From contig CM114271.1 in NCBI GenBank assembly GCA_050084515.1, forward strand, positions 1 to 64,000: a stretch of 64,000 bases of DNA. Direction: 5' to 3'. Numbering within the stretch: the stretch's first letter is position 1; each line of letters begins with the position of its first letter. Under the pieces are notes generated by a model. The model was not told the DNA's origin. It saw only the letters and a program-made list of their open reading frames with translations, and did not search any database. This stretch comes from Blasia pusilla. Lineage: Eukaryota. Made by a program: the position numbers and the translations under genes. Positions 48,468 through 61,104 of the stretch are shown here, in pieces.

Positions 48468-49611
48468 ATGGAGACTTGGGAGCATGTGATAGGTCTCAAG
48501 TTGATAGGAGGAGAGCGACGGCGAGTTCATAGCTTTCTGAGAGGGCATGTTAGTTGTTTTGCCTTCAGTATGAGAGACTTGGGTACGCTGAAGGGTCCTA
48601 GGATACGGATTGAGATGGCTAGTGATACGCTGATCTTTCCTCGACCCTACAGGTATTCTCATATGGAGCGAACCTTGATTCAGAGCAGGATTCAAGACTT
48701 GTTGGAGGCAGGCCTTGTGGAGTTATCACATGGGGAGTATGCATCTGCCATAGTCATGCCGGCGAAGAAGGATATGTATGGCAATTGGACGGATAGGCAG
48801 ATGTGTGGAGATTACCGTCCTATCAACCAACAGACGAGGTCAGATTGGTACGTCATGCCTACTCCTGAGGAGATCTTTGATGCGGTAGGGCATGCAAAGA
48901 TCTTCAGTACTTTAGATCTCCGTGTTGGCTATCATACGCTTCCTATCAGGTTGGAGGACCGGGAGAAGACAACATTCTGGGGGATAGATTGGTTTGGGAG
49001 AGATTGCTTGTATTAGTGGCGGTTCTTACCGTTTGGGTTGAAGAATGCACCTGTAGAGTTTTAGAGAGTGATGGATAGGATTCTCACTGGCTTGGATTTT
49101 GAACGATGTGACATAGATGATATTCTTATCTTCACTTCCATGGTTGAGGAGCATGAGTGACACTTGGAGCAGGTGCTTCGGCGATTGTAGTTAGATGGAC
49201 TGAAGTTACATCCAGGCAAGTGCAGATTCTTTCAAGAGCACATTGAGTACTTGGGACACACCATATACTTGAGTGGGTAAGGCGTTCAGCAGACGAAGGT
49301 GGAGGCTATTGCGCAGATTCCACGCCCTACACATGTGAGTCAAGTCCGAGCAACATTGCCAAGGTGAAGTACAACTCCTACGCGGGAGAGTGCTTGGCTG
49401 CAGTGTGGGCCGTGGCACATTTCAAGTGCTATTTATTCAGAAATCCTTTCACACTTATCAGTGATCATCAGCCGTTGAGGTGGTTGATGCAGTTCGACAA
49501 GCTTACGGGAAAGATTGCCATGTGGGCTCTATTACCACAGCAGTATGAGTTTAAGGTGGTTCATAGGTTAGGTTGGCTGAACCAAGATGCGGATGGGTTG
49601 AGTCGTAACCC
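48468..49611 (+). pseudogene. Ty3/gypsy reverse transcriptase + RNase H remnant
   Basis: RPYRYS; MCGDYRPIN; FSTLDLRVGYH; LPFGLKNAP; CDIDDILI; LKLHPGKC; then, after an internal deletion, ECLAAVWAV, SDHQPLRW and NQDADGLSRNP. Confidence 0.96.
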
Positions 49612-49622
49612 TAAACCCTAAA

Positions 49623-50668
49623 CCCACCTTTCCCTTCTTTCTCCTTCCCCTTACTTGCCTTTGTGTTCCATACTCCCCCGTTTCTTGCTCCCTCTACCTC
49701 CACTCCCTCCTCTCTCATTGCTCCACTTATCCTTGCCTTGCATTCCATCATGGATTATAAAGTGTGGGTCCCACCTCTTGGAACCCATGTTTGTCCTAAG
49801 GAAGGACTTGTCCATTTTTTTGCAACCATCATTGATAATATTTGTCGAGTCCTCGATATTGTAACTAGCCTCCAATACTGTAAATAGTTGCAAGCTCCGA
49901 TGAACACGTTGTAGAAGAATGCCGCCAAGTGATAATATTTGTCTTTTCCGCGATATTGTAAATAGCTGTCACCTTCACCAATGAATGCTTTTAGGATGCC
50001 GCAAGGTGAAATTAGTCTTCAGGTCCCCCATGCTGTAAAAAGCCGCTATCTCCATTGAACATAATGAGGCAGAATGCCGCCAAGTGATAAAAGACGTTGG
50101 GTCCTTGAGACTCTAAAAATCCGCCAACTCCACCTGACACACTACGGCAGAATGTTGCCAAGTGACAATAGCCAACAAACCCCCGATATAGTAAATAGCC
50201 GCCAGCTCCGCCGGACAAACGGTGGAAAAATTTGAGAGACTTCTTAAGCAACTTTGGAGGGAAACTTCCTAGCTAATACAACCCCCTGCAAAGATTCATT
50301 CCTTGTGAGGCTTTCATACCGTGCCACATAAGATGCCGTACAGTACAGAGGGAGCACATTGGATAAGAATTGAGAGTGTAGTTTAGGGTGAAAGCACCGT
50401 TGTGGTTCAAAGGTTAATCTCTAAATTTTACTTACACATTTAATTTACTTGCTGCACCTAATCATTCAAAAATCTCAATCATTCTCCTATTGTTCATGCG
50501 AGCATGTTCATTAGATTTGATGCTTTAAGAATGGACGGTAGGGAGTCGGCTTGAGTGACATTGGGCACATCGTCCAAAGATAATGCTTGAGACTTGAGAA
50601 AACACCATTTTCCTCTTGATGAGAAAAGCCTATTCATAGGTGATGATGACATTGAGAAGAAGTATGCA
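49623..50668 (-). repeat. Inverted copy of the 33998-34941 repeat
   Basis: Reverse-complement match, with ~100 bp extra near 50025-50130. Confidence 0.92.
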
Positions 50669-51949
50669 GTGTATGGATGACGGCCTTTGGTGTCAGAGTC
50701 CAAAGCCGTGGTTGACTTGTGGAAAGCTTCCATATTCAAAAATAAGCCTAATCTTGAAGGATAAAGTCTGGAAGAAGGTATGGACTCTTTAGTTACTCCA
50801 AAGTTGTGAGTGTGTGAATGTTGGAAAGGTAGGAAGGGTAGCTTGCGTGTATTTTAAGCGCCGGGTAAGAAGGAATCCTCGGCAAGATAATCACCAAGGC
50901 TGATATTTTGTAATGCAATCAGCGGATTCCAAAAGTTGGAATGCAAGTATAGTCTTTTCTTTTGGGGTTGTGGAACTTTTGAGATGCTCATACGCTTGTG
51001 GACCCACTCCTTACAAACGTTGCTCACATGTTGTGCAGCCCAAAGACAATCTGATTGGATGACTTTGAGTTTGCACTTGATTGTTGAATCAGATGCTCTC
51101 TTAGTGTTAGAGAAAACAATTGTGTGCGGACAAAGAAATGCCATCGGCTTCAGACTTGCAGATATGGAGCTAAGATAAGAGGGAAAGGGTTTCTTGAGAG
51201 AATCAAGGGAAAAGCATTTAGTGAAAATGAGCATGCGGATCAAAGATGATGGTGTGTACCGGTGTGATGAAGTGAAATGCATGACGGGAGAGGATGCATA
51301 TTCAAAGAAAAAATGCCTTGTACATGCAAGAGTTGATAGTCTAAGAGACGATGGGGTAGTGGTGGAGAAAAGCCGCCAAAATATTCCTTCAAGACACATT
51401 GTTAGCGAAAATTCTCTCTCAACTAGCTATAGCAACTTTCATGGGTGCTATATATGGTAGGTGTAAATATTTAAGTCCATTGGGATTGGGGCCTACCTTG
51501 GAGAGCCAATCTGCAACGACGACTAAAGATTGCAAGCTTTTATCAGAGTAAATTTTGTCTCTCATTGCCTTGTTGCCCAAGAGCATGGATACCCACTTGA
51601 CGGCTAATCATAGACTCCCTCTAGTAGCCGTTCTCCGCTAGCAAAGCATGGACATTCCAGCATCAAGTGTTTGGGGGCAACAAGAAAGAAATGAGGACCC
51701 TACAATTCCTAGGGATTATATTGGTACACACGCACCATGGCATCCACAACATTCCAAGAGGCCACACCGCCTTGTCCTTAGAAGTTCCTTCATTGAGGTA
51801 TTGCCATCCTCAAAGGATTTTGCTGAAAGAAGGAGGAAGCGTGGAGAAATATCAAAGGATAAAGAGGTATCCACCATGACTTGAAATGGTGCACGCGGTG
51901 AATTTTCAAGGTACCTTTGTATGGAAAATGAGAAGGGACGACCCAAGAT

Positions 51950-54371
51950 CAAGAAGATTTGTGAGTAGAGGGTAAGATGTCACCGACACAAGAAGTCTAG
52001 TGCCTACTAAATAACGGTGTGTAACCTAAAGCACACATGTCTAGGCCATATTCACACATGGACACGCCCGACCCATAAAGCCAAGTGGCTTTCTATGGTA
52101 TTAACATAGAGGGTTGTGAATCAACCAAGTATTCTTGTGGGCAAGCTTATAAATGTCCATGCCCAGAATAACTGAAGGCACACTTGGTACTTCCTAGCTT
52201 GGAGATGCTAAGAGAACTTTCGGCATTGGATAAATAGGGTCGAATGTGCTAGTTTCCGCATGGTTCTAGCCTTCATTCACGTTGTGAACAAAGTTGACCC
52301 TCTTGCAACCACTACATGGGATGTTTGGGATTTGGAATGTAGGTTTAAGCGATTCCTCCCTGAGCCTGCGGGCTCAAGGATGAATGGGATGTTTGGGATT
52401 TGAATGGGTCACGCCTGCCCACCTCAAGACCGTGCCTTCCTCCCCCAAAGCCCACACTTGCCCGCCCTAGCCTGCGCCCAATCAGCTCTAAGCCCACACC
52501 TTCCCGCGGTAGCCTGCGCCTGCCCACCTTGAGCCCGCATCCAATCAGGCTCGAGCCCCGGCCTTCTCACCCTAGCCCATGTTGAGCCCAACCTATGGAC
52601 CACGCAATGGGTGTGGGCTTCAATAGCCCGGGTCTAGGTGGTGGGCTCGGGTGCAGGCCCGGGTGGGGCATGTCGAAGGATATATCCGGACTTGTCTGTT
52701 TCCGTTCAACCTTGCTTAGATGCATGCCATTCAAAAAATGGGAAATATCCAATACAAATTTTCATAGCTTCCATGTTGGAAAGGAATGCCAACACCATCA
52801 TTCTAGCGTATGGGATCTTTCCTCGTGAGAGCAACAAGGATTGGGAATGGTTTGCTCACATTTGAAGATTGCAATCCCTAGCCTTGATGATCCAAATATA
52901 GTTATGATTTCAGATAAAAAAAGGGATTGCTACATGTTGTTAATATTATTTTTTCCAATAACATATATAGCATGTGTGCTTAACATCTACGAGCAAATGT
53001 GAAATCAAGATATGGAAAAGTGGCAAAGGAGTATTTTATCGCATGCCTCTATGCAAGGTCAAGGGAAAAGTAAGTATTTCCTATCATTGACTAACTACTA
53101 ATCCTAGGTGTTGGATGGTGATTATTTAATCTTTTGAACATCATTTACTAGTGTCTAATTTGAGTCATGGTGCCTAATTTCAGTCATGACTCCTAATCTT
53201 AGTCTTGGCGGCTAATCTCAATGTTGCCTGCTAAACTCAGTGTTGGTGGTTTTTGGCAAAGGTTTTAGGATTCGTCTTCATTGTGTATAGGTTTGAATTT
53301 TGGTTGAATGAGATGGAAAGGCATCATATACAGAAGATTTGTGACCTTATTTCTTATATCCGAGAGAAATAGAACCACAAAAGTATGCTAGGTATGGACT
53401 CTCCTTACCTCGATATGGCAAAGTTAGTTCAAATCTAGTAGAGGTAATAAATTATGCCATCAAGCCAATTACAGACATTCCTCCTTTGGGCATTCCATGC
53501 GGGTTTTGGAACTATATGATGAAAACTTAGACCGAGAGGAAGTTAGAAGCATACCACCCTCATAAATACAACTTCTCGGTAACCACCTATGCCCTACTTC
53601 AATATCGATATAAGGAGAGCATATGTCAAGGGTTTGAAGTGATTTCCTCTGATGAAGCGCTTTTGTCATCTCAACAACAAATATGCATGAATCCATGTTC
53701 AGTTGAGTCCTAAGTGTCAATGTTCCTACCTTGAGTTTCAAGATAAATGTTGGCCTTGTACTCATGTAATGGCTTGAGATATGTTCACTGGAATGGATTC
53801 ATAATAGCTATTTGATTGATTTGGAACAATTACTTCATCAAGCGCATCTATAGTAGTAGTATACCAAGGGTAAAGTGTGATGACCTTATCCCATCCTGTT
53901 GCAACTCGATGAGGACATCATCGTGTTGTACGTATTCCTAGAAATGGACCTAGAAGGTCGCAACGACTAAAAGAAGTTCAAGGAAAAATATCCTACCCAA
54001 TACATGACTATGCAACAAGTTAGGAAATAAATATGGATGGCGTTGCTTCACGTGGAGACATACCTAAAGGGAGAGGATATGTGAGAATTGGCTGGCAGCG
54101 GTGTTCCCATTGCTTGAGAGAAGGGCACAACCAAAATATTTGTGAGGATCTAAAATCAGATATAGACGTTGGAAGACCCATGAGGAGAAGATCTCACATC
54201 CATAGACATAGCCCCCAAGTAGTGCAAAGAACTATCAATCTTGCGGATAATAGCGGTGATATAGGGGATGTCAATGGTGTATATACTTCTCCTGTGAGTG
54301 AGCAACAAAGGAAAATGATGGATTTGGCGAATAAAAGTGTGGATCATATGGCGTATAATGGTGTTGATTAG
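51950..54371 (+). mobile_element. Mutator-like (MULE) transposase pseudogene
   Basis: LDACHSK...ILAYGIFPRESNKDWEWF...MISDK-KGL...CA*HLRANV; SWIM-like CSYLEFQDKCWPCTHV near 53720; knuckle RCSHCLREGHNQNIC. GC-rich insertion at ~52345-52670. Confidence 0.88.
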
Positions 54372-56172
54372 TTGGCAAAAAGAAATGTTGTACACAATTG
54401 TATTAGAACCCAGCAATCAAGTCTAGGGGTGAAGGTAGGAAATAGAAGCAGCCTTTATTTGCATGAGAATAGGAGGTAGGAGAATAGTGGTGATCATTGG
54501 GTGGAGTATTTTTCTTATTTGGCCAATACCAATGTTGCTCCAGTGGCGGTTAATCATGGCGGCTATGGGAAAGAAAATAGTAGTGGTGGTTTGGTAGTTG
54601 ATCAAAGTGGAGTTATCCTAGAGTAAAATTTTGGAAAGGACTTCAGATTTTTTGTTCTTAATATTCATGGATAAACGTGTTGTCTTGCCAACCCAAATAA
54701 TTGCAATATAGAATAGAATTTCTTTTAAGCTGCCTGAAAGTCCTTCTGGTATTACAATTCAATGCATATATGGGCCTAGGGGACACGATTTAAGCCACCA
54801 ACCATCCTAGCTAGTCATGCATCATCTAAAATGGAGTACCTAGTAGGCATTTGTTTCCTTTTATTACCTTAGTAGCCTCATGTAATATACAAGAGTTTCT
54901 ATTTTACAGTCGTTTAATAAGTTCGATCCCCAAGAGGCATTCTTAGGGGATTGGAAGTGAATTCTCGAAAACTGTGAACTGAAACATTCCAAACACATCC
55001 AAAACCATGACATCTTGCCTCAATAACGAATTCCCTAAACCACGGCTCGACAAGCTATCATCTAAATGCATACCCACGTGAAGTCAAGACAAGTATGATA
55101 AGGCACATATACCTAACCTGGTTCTTATCTCGATGGAGATCTCAATCATCACTAACAATCCTCACCGATGTGGTCCAACGCTTCCAACGACATTCCTGAA
55201 TGACAAATGTAACACACCCAACTTTAGATAATGACTCAATCCTTTGATATGTACACTTCATCATGGCCTGGTGTAATAAATGTTTCGAGCAAAGATCTAG
55301 ACAAACAAACTATAAAGCTAATCTGCTGTGACTGACCATAGTATTTTACCTTACACTCACATCAAATCAACAACTAAAGCAAGTGACTAACCTACGTGAA
55401 GGCGCAAGGAGAACAAGGAGAAGAGTGACGTAGAAGTAAGTACTTGGTAGGTCAAGGAGTGAATGTCTTGGTTCCCTTCGTGATATTTGAGTCTTACTTT
55501 GCTCTTGTACCTGATACACAACACTAGTTGAGCCAAATTCAACCAATTCCATGGTTGGCACGATATGTATATATATAAAAAAGAGTTCTAATGTATGGAA
55601 AGCAAGAAAGTGCTTGTTGCTCAGATGGGTGTAGAAAGACAAGCAAGTGAAGAAGTACTATATGAGAGGAGGGAGACACTCTCATATAGTGTGAGTGTTG
55701 ACTAAACAACGTGTTTGTGCGGATCTTCCAAGTGTCATCCAAGAAACTATTCACCAGACCATCTACTTTACGTGATTGGGATCCCCAATAGACATTATTT
55801 ACCACTGTAGTAGCTTTGGGCAATGAATCAAGGCTACTGAATGTGTTGAACAATTCTGGTGCTACCAGAATGAGAGAGAGAAAGACTATACTATCAAGAA
55901 GTGCGTGTTGTAGCCTTGCAACCATAGACCCCTCGCCTTGGTTGGACGGTGCTTGAGAGCGGGATGGGTGTAGAGAGAGAAGCAAGTGAAGAAGATACCT
56001 TGAACAATTGGTGCTACCAGCTTAGCAATATCAGCATATGCTCTTGCTATGAGGAATACGACTTTTGCGTAGGAAGCCAAGTAATGGCTAGATGCTTCAT
56101 CCTCATCGTCACAAAAGGCGAGCAAAATCACAATGATCTGGGAACTCCAAGTCCAATCAAGAACTGAGAGGC

Positions 56173-56282
<110 letters not shown>

Positions 56283-56569
56283 TCCTTCTTCTTTCAATGA
56301 TTTGGAGATCTTCTTCATGAAATCAATGTTCAACCAAACTTAAGACGAGCAGAATGTTGAGTGAAAAAAGCGTGGTGCCTCTTTTATACGGGCCCAACTT
56401 TAGAAAAGAGGTAATAAATAAAAGATGACTTTATAAAAGTAAAGTAGTGAGATTGGTACTTTAATGAAAAGTAAAAGTACGCTTGGTTGGTGGCTAGGTT
56501 AGTTGGGGTAATTTGGAAAATATCAAGTGGGTAAAAGAGGATATTTTGGAAGAGATAAGAGGAAATCTA

Positions 56570-57780
56570 CTTGTGTCAAAATATGATTGGCTAAGCCTTG
56601 AGAGGAAGCCATGTGGCACAAGATAAGATTAGCTCTATTTCTTACTCTTGTGGGTCTCTTGTGAGTATATAAAGAGGAGGGATCTTCAAGGGTTCATCAT
56701 CTTCTATTCCACATCTTGAGTCTTTCGTGTCACTGTTGAGGTGTATGATTTTGGGATTGCTTGCTCTTCCAATGAGAGTGGATCACCCCTCTTGGGAGAG
56801 TAACTTGACCATGGTCTATTCTTTGAGAGATTTCTAGAGTGTGGTGTGTGTGGAGATGAGAGGTTTGTCACCTTAGAGGAGTTTAGTCATACTAAAATAG
56901 TGAATGTTTTGGCTTGTTTTCTTCCCCAATGAGAGTGGATTACCCCTCTTGGGAGAATAACTTCGCCAAAACCCATTCTTGAGGAGAGTAGAGAATGTCT
57001 GTCAAGCATGGATAGGGGTGGAGCACGAGTTGTGCCCGACTTTCCTTTCTTTAATCCATACCATGTTAAGATACTCTTTGTAGATAGGCACTGGTTCACT
57101 CGCTATTTAGTTTATCACTTTGGGGAGGCGTTCATGATCCAGGTCATTCAATCTCCAACTCCGGTGATCCTTCCTATCGTCACATATGGAAGGACATGGG
57201 ATTGTTCTTTGTATGTCCTTATAAAGCAATCCATGGACGTCAATAGGCCTGCTCAAGTAGGGTTTAATACTATTTGTGCTATCTTCCTCGTATATTAGCG
57301 TAAAATAGTTTATAGGGATTTTATACTTAGGAATTTCGGGGTCCGATGTTACGAAGAAGTGATCGCCTCGGCACTTCCATTTGTGATACCTGTCATGAGA
57401 GAATGGAGAGTATACATAATAAATTTATATTGAAAAAGAGATCTTCTCAGAGAATTCATCTTGCATCGACCCCGTCTGCCGCAGCTAGAAGGCCTGCCCT
57501 TACTCGAAGAAAGGCTCTCGACACGACAAATGGTGCTTCCATTGAGAGATCTTTGAGGCGGTAGATTGTGTTTGCAAGTTGGAGTCTTATCAAGATGACT
57601 ACTTTTGGTAGTACTTCATTAATGGGAAGTGAGGGAGCTGAGGATCTTCTCCGAACTTTGACAACATTGTTGAGCCAACAAGGAGGAGTTCACATAGGAG
57701 AGCAAAGATCAACAAGGGCTCTTCAAGCGATTCTAAAGAAGTTGGGGAGATTTGATGGGAGGAACATGGCTCAAATGTGA
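56570..57780 (+). mobile_element. LTR retrotransposon fragment (LTR-like region plus gag start)
   Basis: TATATAAAG at ~56667; internal duplication (CCAATGAGAGTGGAT...CTTGGGAGA at ~56769 and ~56926); gag-like TRALQAILKKLGRFDGRN at ~57710-57765. Confidence 0.55.
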
Positions 57781-58030
57781 GTCCTCAGGATGAGGTACTT
57801 GGGATTCTTACTTGTGGATATGCGATTTCGACTCTGCATCAATGGCTTGCTGCTTCAGTTGGTGAGCATGGGCTTAAAAACTTGCTAAAGGAAGTGACGA
57901 TGCATAAAAAACGTGCTTCATAGCATCATTGCTGAGCACATGCAGCCAACTGCTGAAATTATTGCGTTCAGATTGGATGACCTGAGGGGCCTCTCCCGGT
58001 GCAGCAGGCGCAGGCAAACCTTGAGAGCAG

Positions 58031-58188
58031 TCAGGCCGAACAGCGATACGGGCTTCTGACTACCCTCATACACCACACTATCACTTCTTTCTCCTACTAC
58101 CGACAGTCTCAGGCCAAACAGTAATACGGGCTTCCGACTACCCTCACACACCACACTATCACTCCTTTCTCCTACTACCGACAGTCTC
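58031..58188 (+). repeat. 78-bp tandem duplication
   Basis: GACTACCCTCA...CTCCTACTACCGACAGTCTC occurs twice in tandem. Confidence 0.9.
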
Positions 58189-59439
58189 TGCGCCCTCGAT
58201 TGCTCTTCTCTATGTCTTCACCTTGCTTCGCTTCGCTTCACTTCGATCCTGTCCCCTCCCCACCCTCTTGTGCTTTGCGCTCCTCCCCTCTTGTGCTCTG
58301 CGCTCCGCTCTCTCACTTTCAGCAACCTCCCTCTCAAGCTCCCTAGAGAGGGCGTGCAAGGCTTAAAGCCCAGCCAAGATACGTAAGCTAACACTTCCCA
58401 GAGATCATCACAATAATAGGTAAATTGAAAAACGTTCCCGTTGTCAACTATTTTACCATTCTCTTCCTAGGGACAGACTGAGCATGAAGAGATGTTTGTT
58501 CACACTCCTCAGAAAGAAGTGAATACAGGTCGAGACATTGGATGCAAAATCTACTAATTCAAAGAGAGTTTTCAATCGGCTTTTGAATTTATCATTTGAG
58601 CAGAGATCCGATGTTTTTTGTAGCTTAAAGCTTACATGAAGGGACGTCATCTCACAAATTCTTGGGTGTATTATGACGATTAGAAATTAGAGCCATTATA
58701 GCCCACCATAGCTCAACTGTTCGGCAACGAGTAGTTGCTTTGATTCTCTCTAAATCTAAAGAGGAGGAGGCCAAAGGGCCAAATCCTTGGCAAGCAATTC
58801 TGGACTTCCTGCAAGCTCTATTCTATGGATTGGCTCCGTTGGGTAAAAAGTACCACTCATCAATAGCTGCTATTACAACAATGCATTCTGGTGTGAAGAG
58901 CGATAGTGGACTTACCCGAATTTGAGGATCCAACTCTCCTTGTGGAAGCTTTCTTGCTGGTCTAGACAAGGTACTTGATTCGGGCACGCACTATTCAATC
59001 GCCCTTTTGCATCATGCGATGTGTATAGCTGGGCGCACACTATCAACGTTCTCCGAGATGTGCAGTGAGAGGTTTCTTCTCAGAGTGAGGCGAAGATAGA
59101 AATGAACAAGAGAGAGAAAGGACACCCGAAACTGGAGTTTTTCTTGACTGACTCTATCCCTGCGCATTCAATCTGCATGCTTTACTTAGTAGGTTCTCCT
59201 CACCAACATCGCTACAACAGCTTCAAAGCTCAGTGCACTCAATCCGCAAGCTTAATCTACCATCACCATTCCCTCGCATTCTCACTGTTGTGGAGTTTGG
59301 GAGACACAGAACGCGGGAATGTGGAGGGTCTGAACCTCGGCAGTACGAATAAAACCGAGCAACACGAATGAGCCCAAGTTTTTGAATCTGACACATCAAG
59401 CCACCTCTGTCTAAACATGCCACATCAACCTAGGAAGTT

Positions 59440-60570
59440 GTAAATGTCCCACTCCAAACCTTCCTCCTCCTTGTTAACACCTCCTTTTCTAACCTCCACC
59501 CTCACCAAGCGTTCTAAGAACCTGGAGACTTTGCCCAAAGGGACACCCCAACACTAGGAACAAAGGGAAAAAGAAAAAAGTTGAAATAACCACACCCACA
59601 TCGATTTAAAAATCGTAAACCCAAATTGGGGTGTTTCATTTTGGGGGGGAGCATGAGGGGTTCAAAAGCAGATCCAAACCGTTGAACTGGTGCCAAGATT
59701 TAATTCCGAGGTGTGTGCCAATTTTGATTGCCATCCAATGGTGGGATGAAAAGCTATGTCCATGTTAACCTCAGAAATCGCAAAACGCCCTATTCCTCCT
59801 TGGTCTGGTCGGTTTTTGTAGCCTCCACCCTCCATATGGTGCCCAAAGATCATAAGACTTCCTCCTGAATGGCAACCCTAACCCAAGAACAGAGGAAAAA
59901 AGGAAAAATTACAAATGAACACTCACACATGGAATTAAAAATCTTAACCCTAAAAGTGATCTTTCATTTCTGGTTTGAGCACTGAGAGCTAACCAGCAGA
60001 TCTGAACCGTTCAAGATGTGGAAGAATTTAAGACCTTGATGTGTGCCAGGTTTCATCACCATCCAATGGTGGGAGAGAAAATTAACTGCATGATACAATG
60101 AAAATGCCATCGGGACTAGAAACAATCTTACTCGACGCCTCTTCCTCCTTCTTGGCCTTGCTTTTTTGTACCCTCCACCCTCCACATGGGGCCCAAAAAT
60201 CATAAAACTTTTTATTGATGGCAACCCTAACCATCCAATGGTGGGAGAAAAAGGTAATTGCATGATACAATGAAAATGCCATCAAGACTAGAAACAATCC
60301 TACTCAAGGCGCTCTTCCTTCTTCTTGGCGTGTCTTTTGTACCCTCCACCTCCATAGGGGGCCCTAAAATCATAAAATATTCCTACTAGTGAACCCTTTA
60401 CCGTGGAACAAAGGGCAAGAGAAAAACTTCATATGACCACTCACACATGGAATTAAAAATCATGAACCGTAAAGTGGTCTTTCCTTTTGGTTTAAGAATG
60501 GAAAGCTAATCGCCAGATGTGAACCGTTGAAGCAAAGTGGAAGGATTTAGGACCTTGGCTTGTGTTAACT
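59440..60570 (+). repeat. Degenerate tandem array of ~350-bp units (one shortened)
   Basis: Recurrent CTCCACC(C)TC, CACACATGGAATTAAAAATC, CCATCCAATGGTGGGA and GGCAACCCTAA anchors. Confidence 0.8.
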
Positions 60571-61104
60571 TTCACTGCTAAACGCAAGATGCAACAAATT
60601 TTTAAATCCATGATGACATGAAAATGGCGAGAGACGTGGAACCTTCTCTTCATGCATGAGCCTCTTTTAGTACATTTCACTTTGAACCAAGGGTGCAAGA
60701 ATGTTCAATTTTTTTCCCGAGGGGCAACCAATCCTAGGAATGTAGGACATATAAATATTTATATATCCCAACAACATTAAAAGATACATTATCATTGGAG
60801 CATGAGACCACAAAACACACTAGTCATTATTTATGACTCAGTATTACTAGGCAAGTGAAAGAAGTACGACTAGTCTTTACTAAAGGGTATTGATAACTAC
60901 TTTAGTAATAAGTACATGACTAGGTGAGTTGTGCAACGTGAAGGGAAGGGACTAATGATGTTACACATACATTCAATTTTTTTTTTCCCCACGCCCGTTG
61001 CATGTGAAACATTTTCTTTGCCGGATTGCCACATGTCATATAGAGAAGTGTTTGCTAATCAAGAAGGCACTCTCCTATAATAATATAGATAGTAAGGTGC
61101 CCAT

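Noticed and set aside
50854-51952. 181-aa ORF and neighbours between the inverted repeat and the MULE
   Set aside because: No motif recognised in the frames inspected; cannot be assigned.
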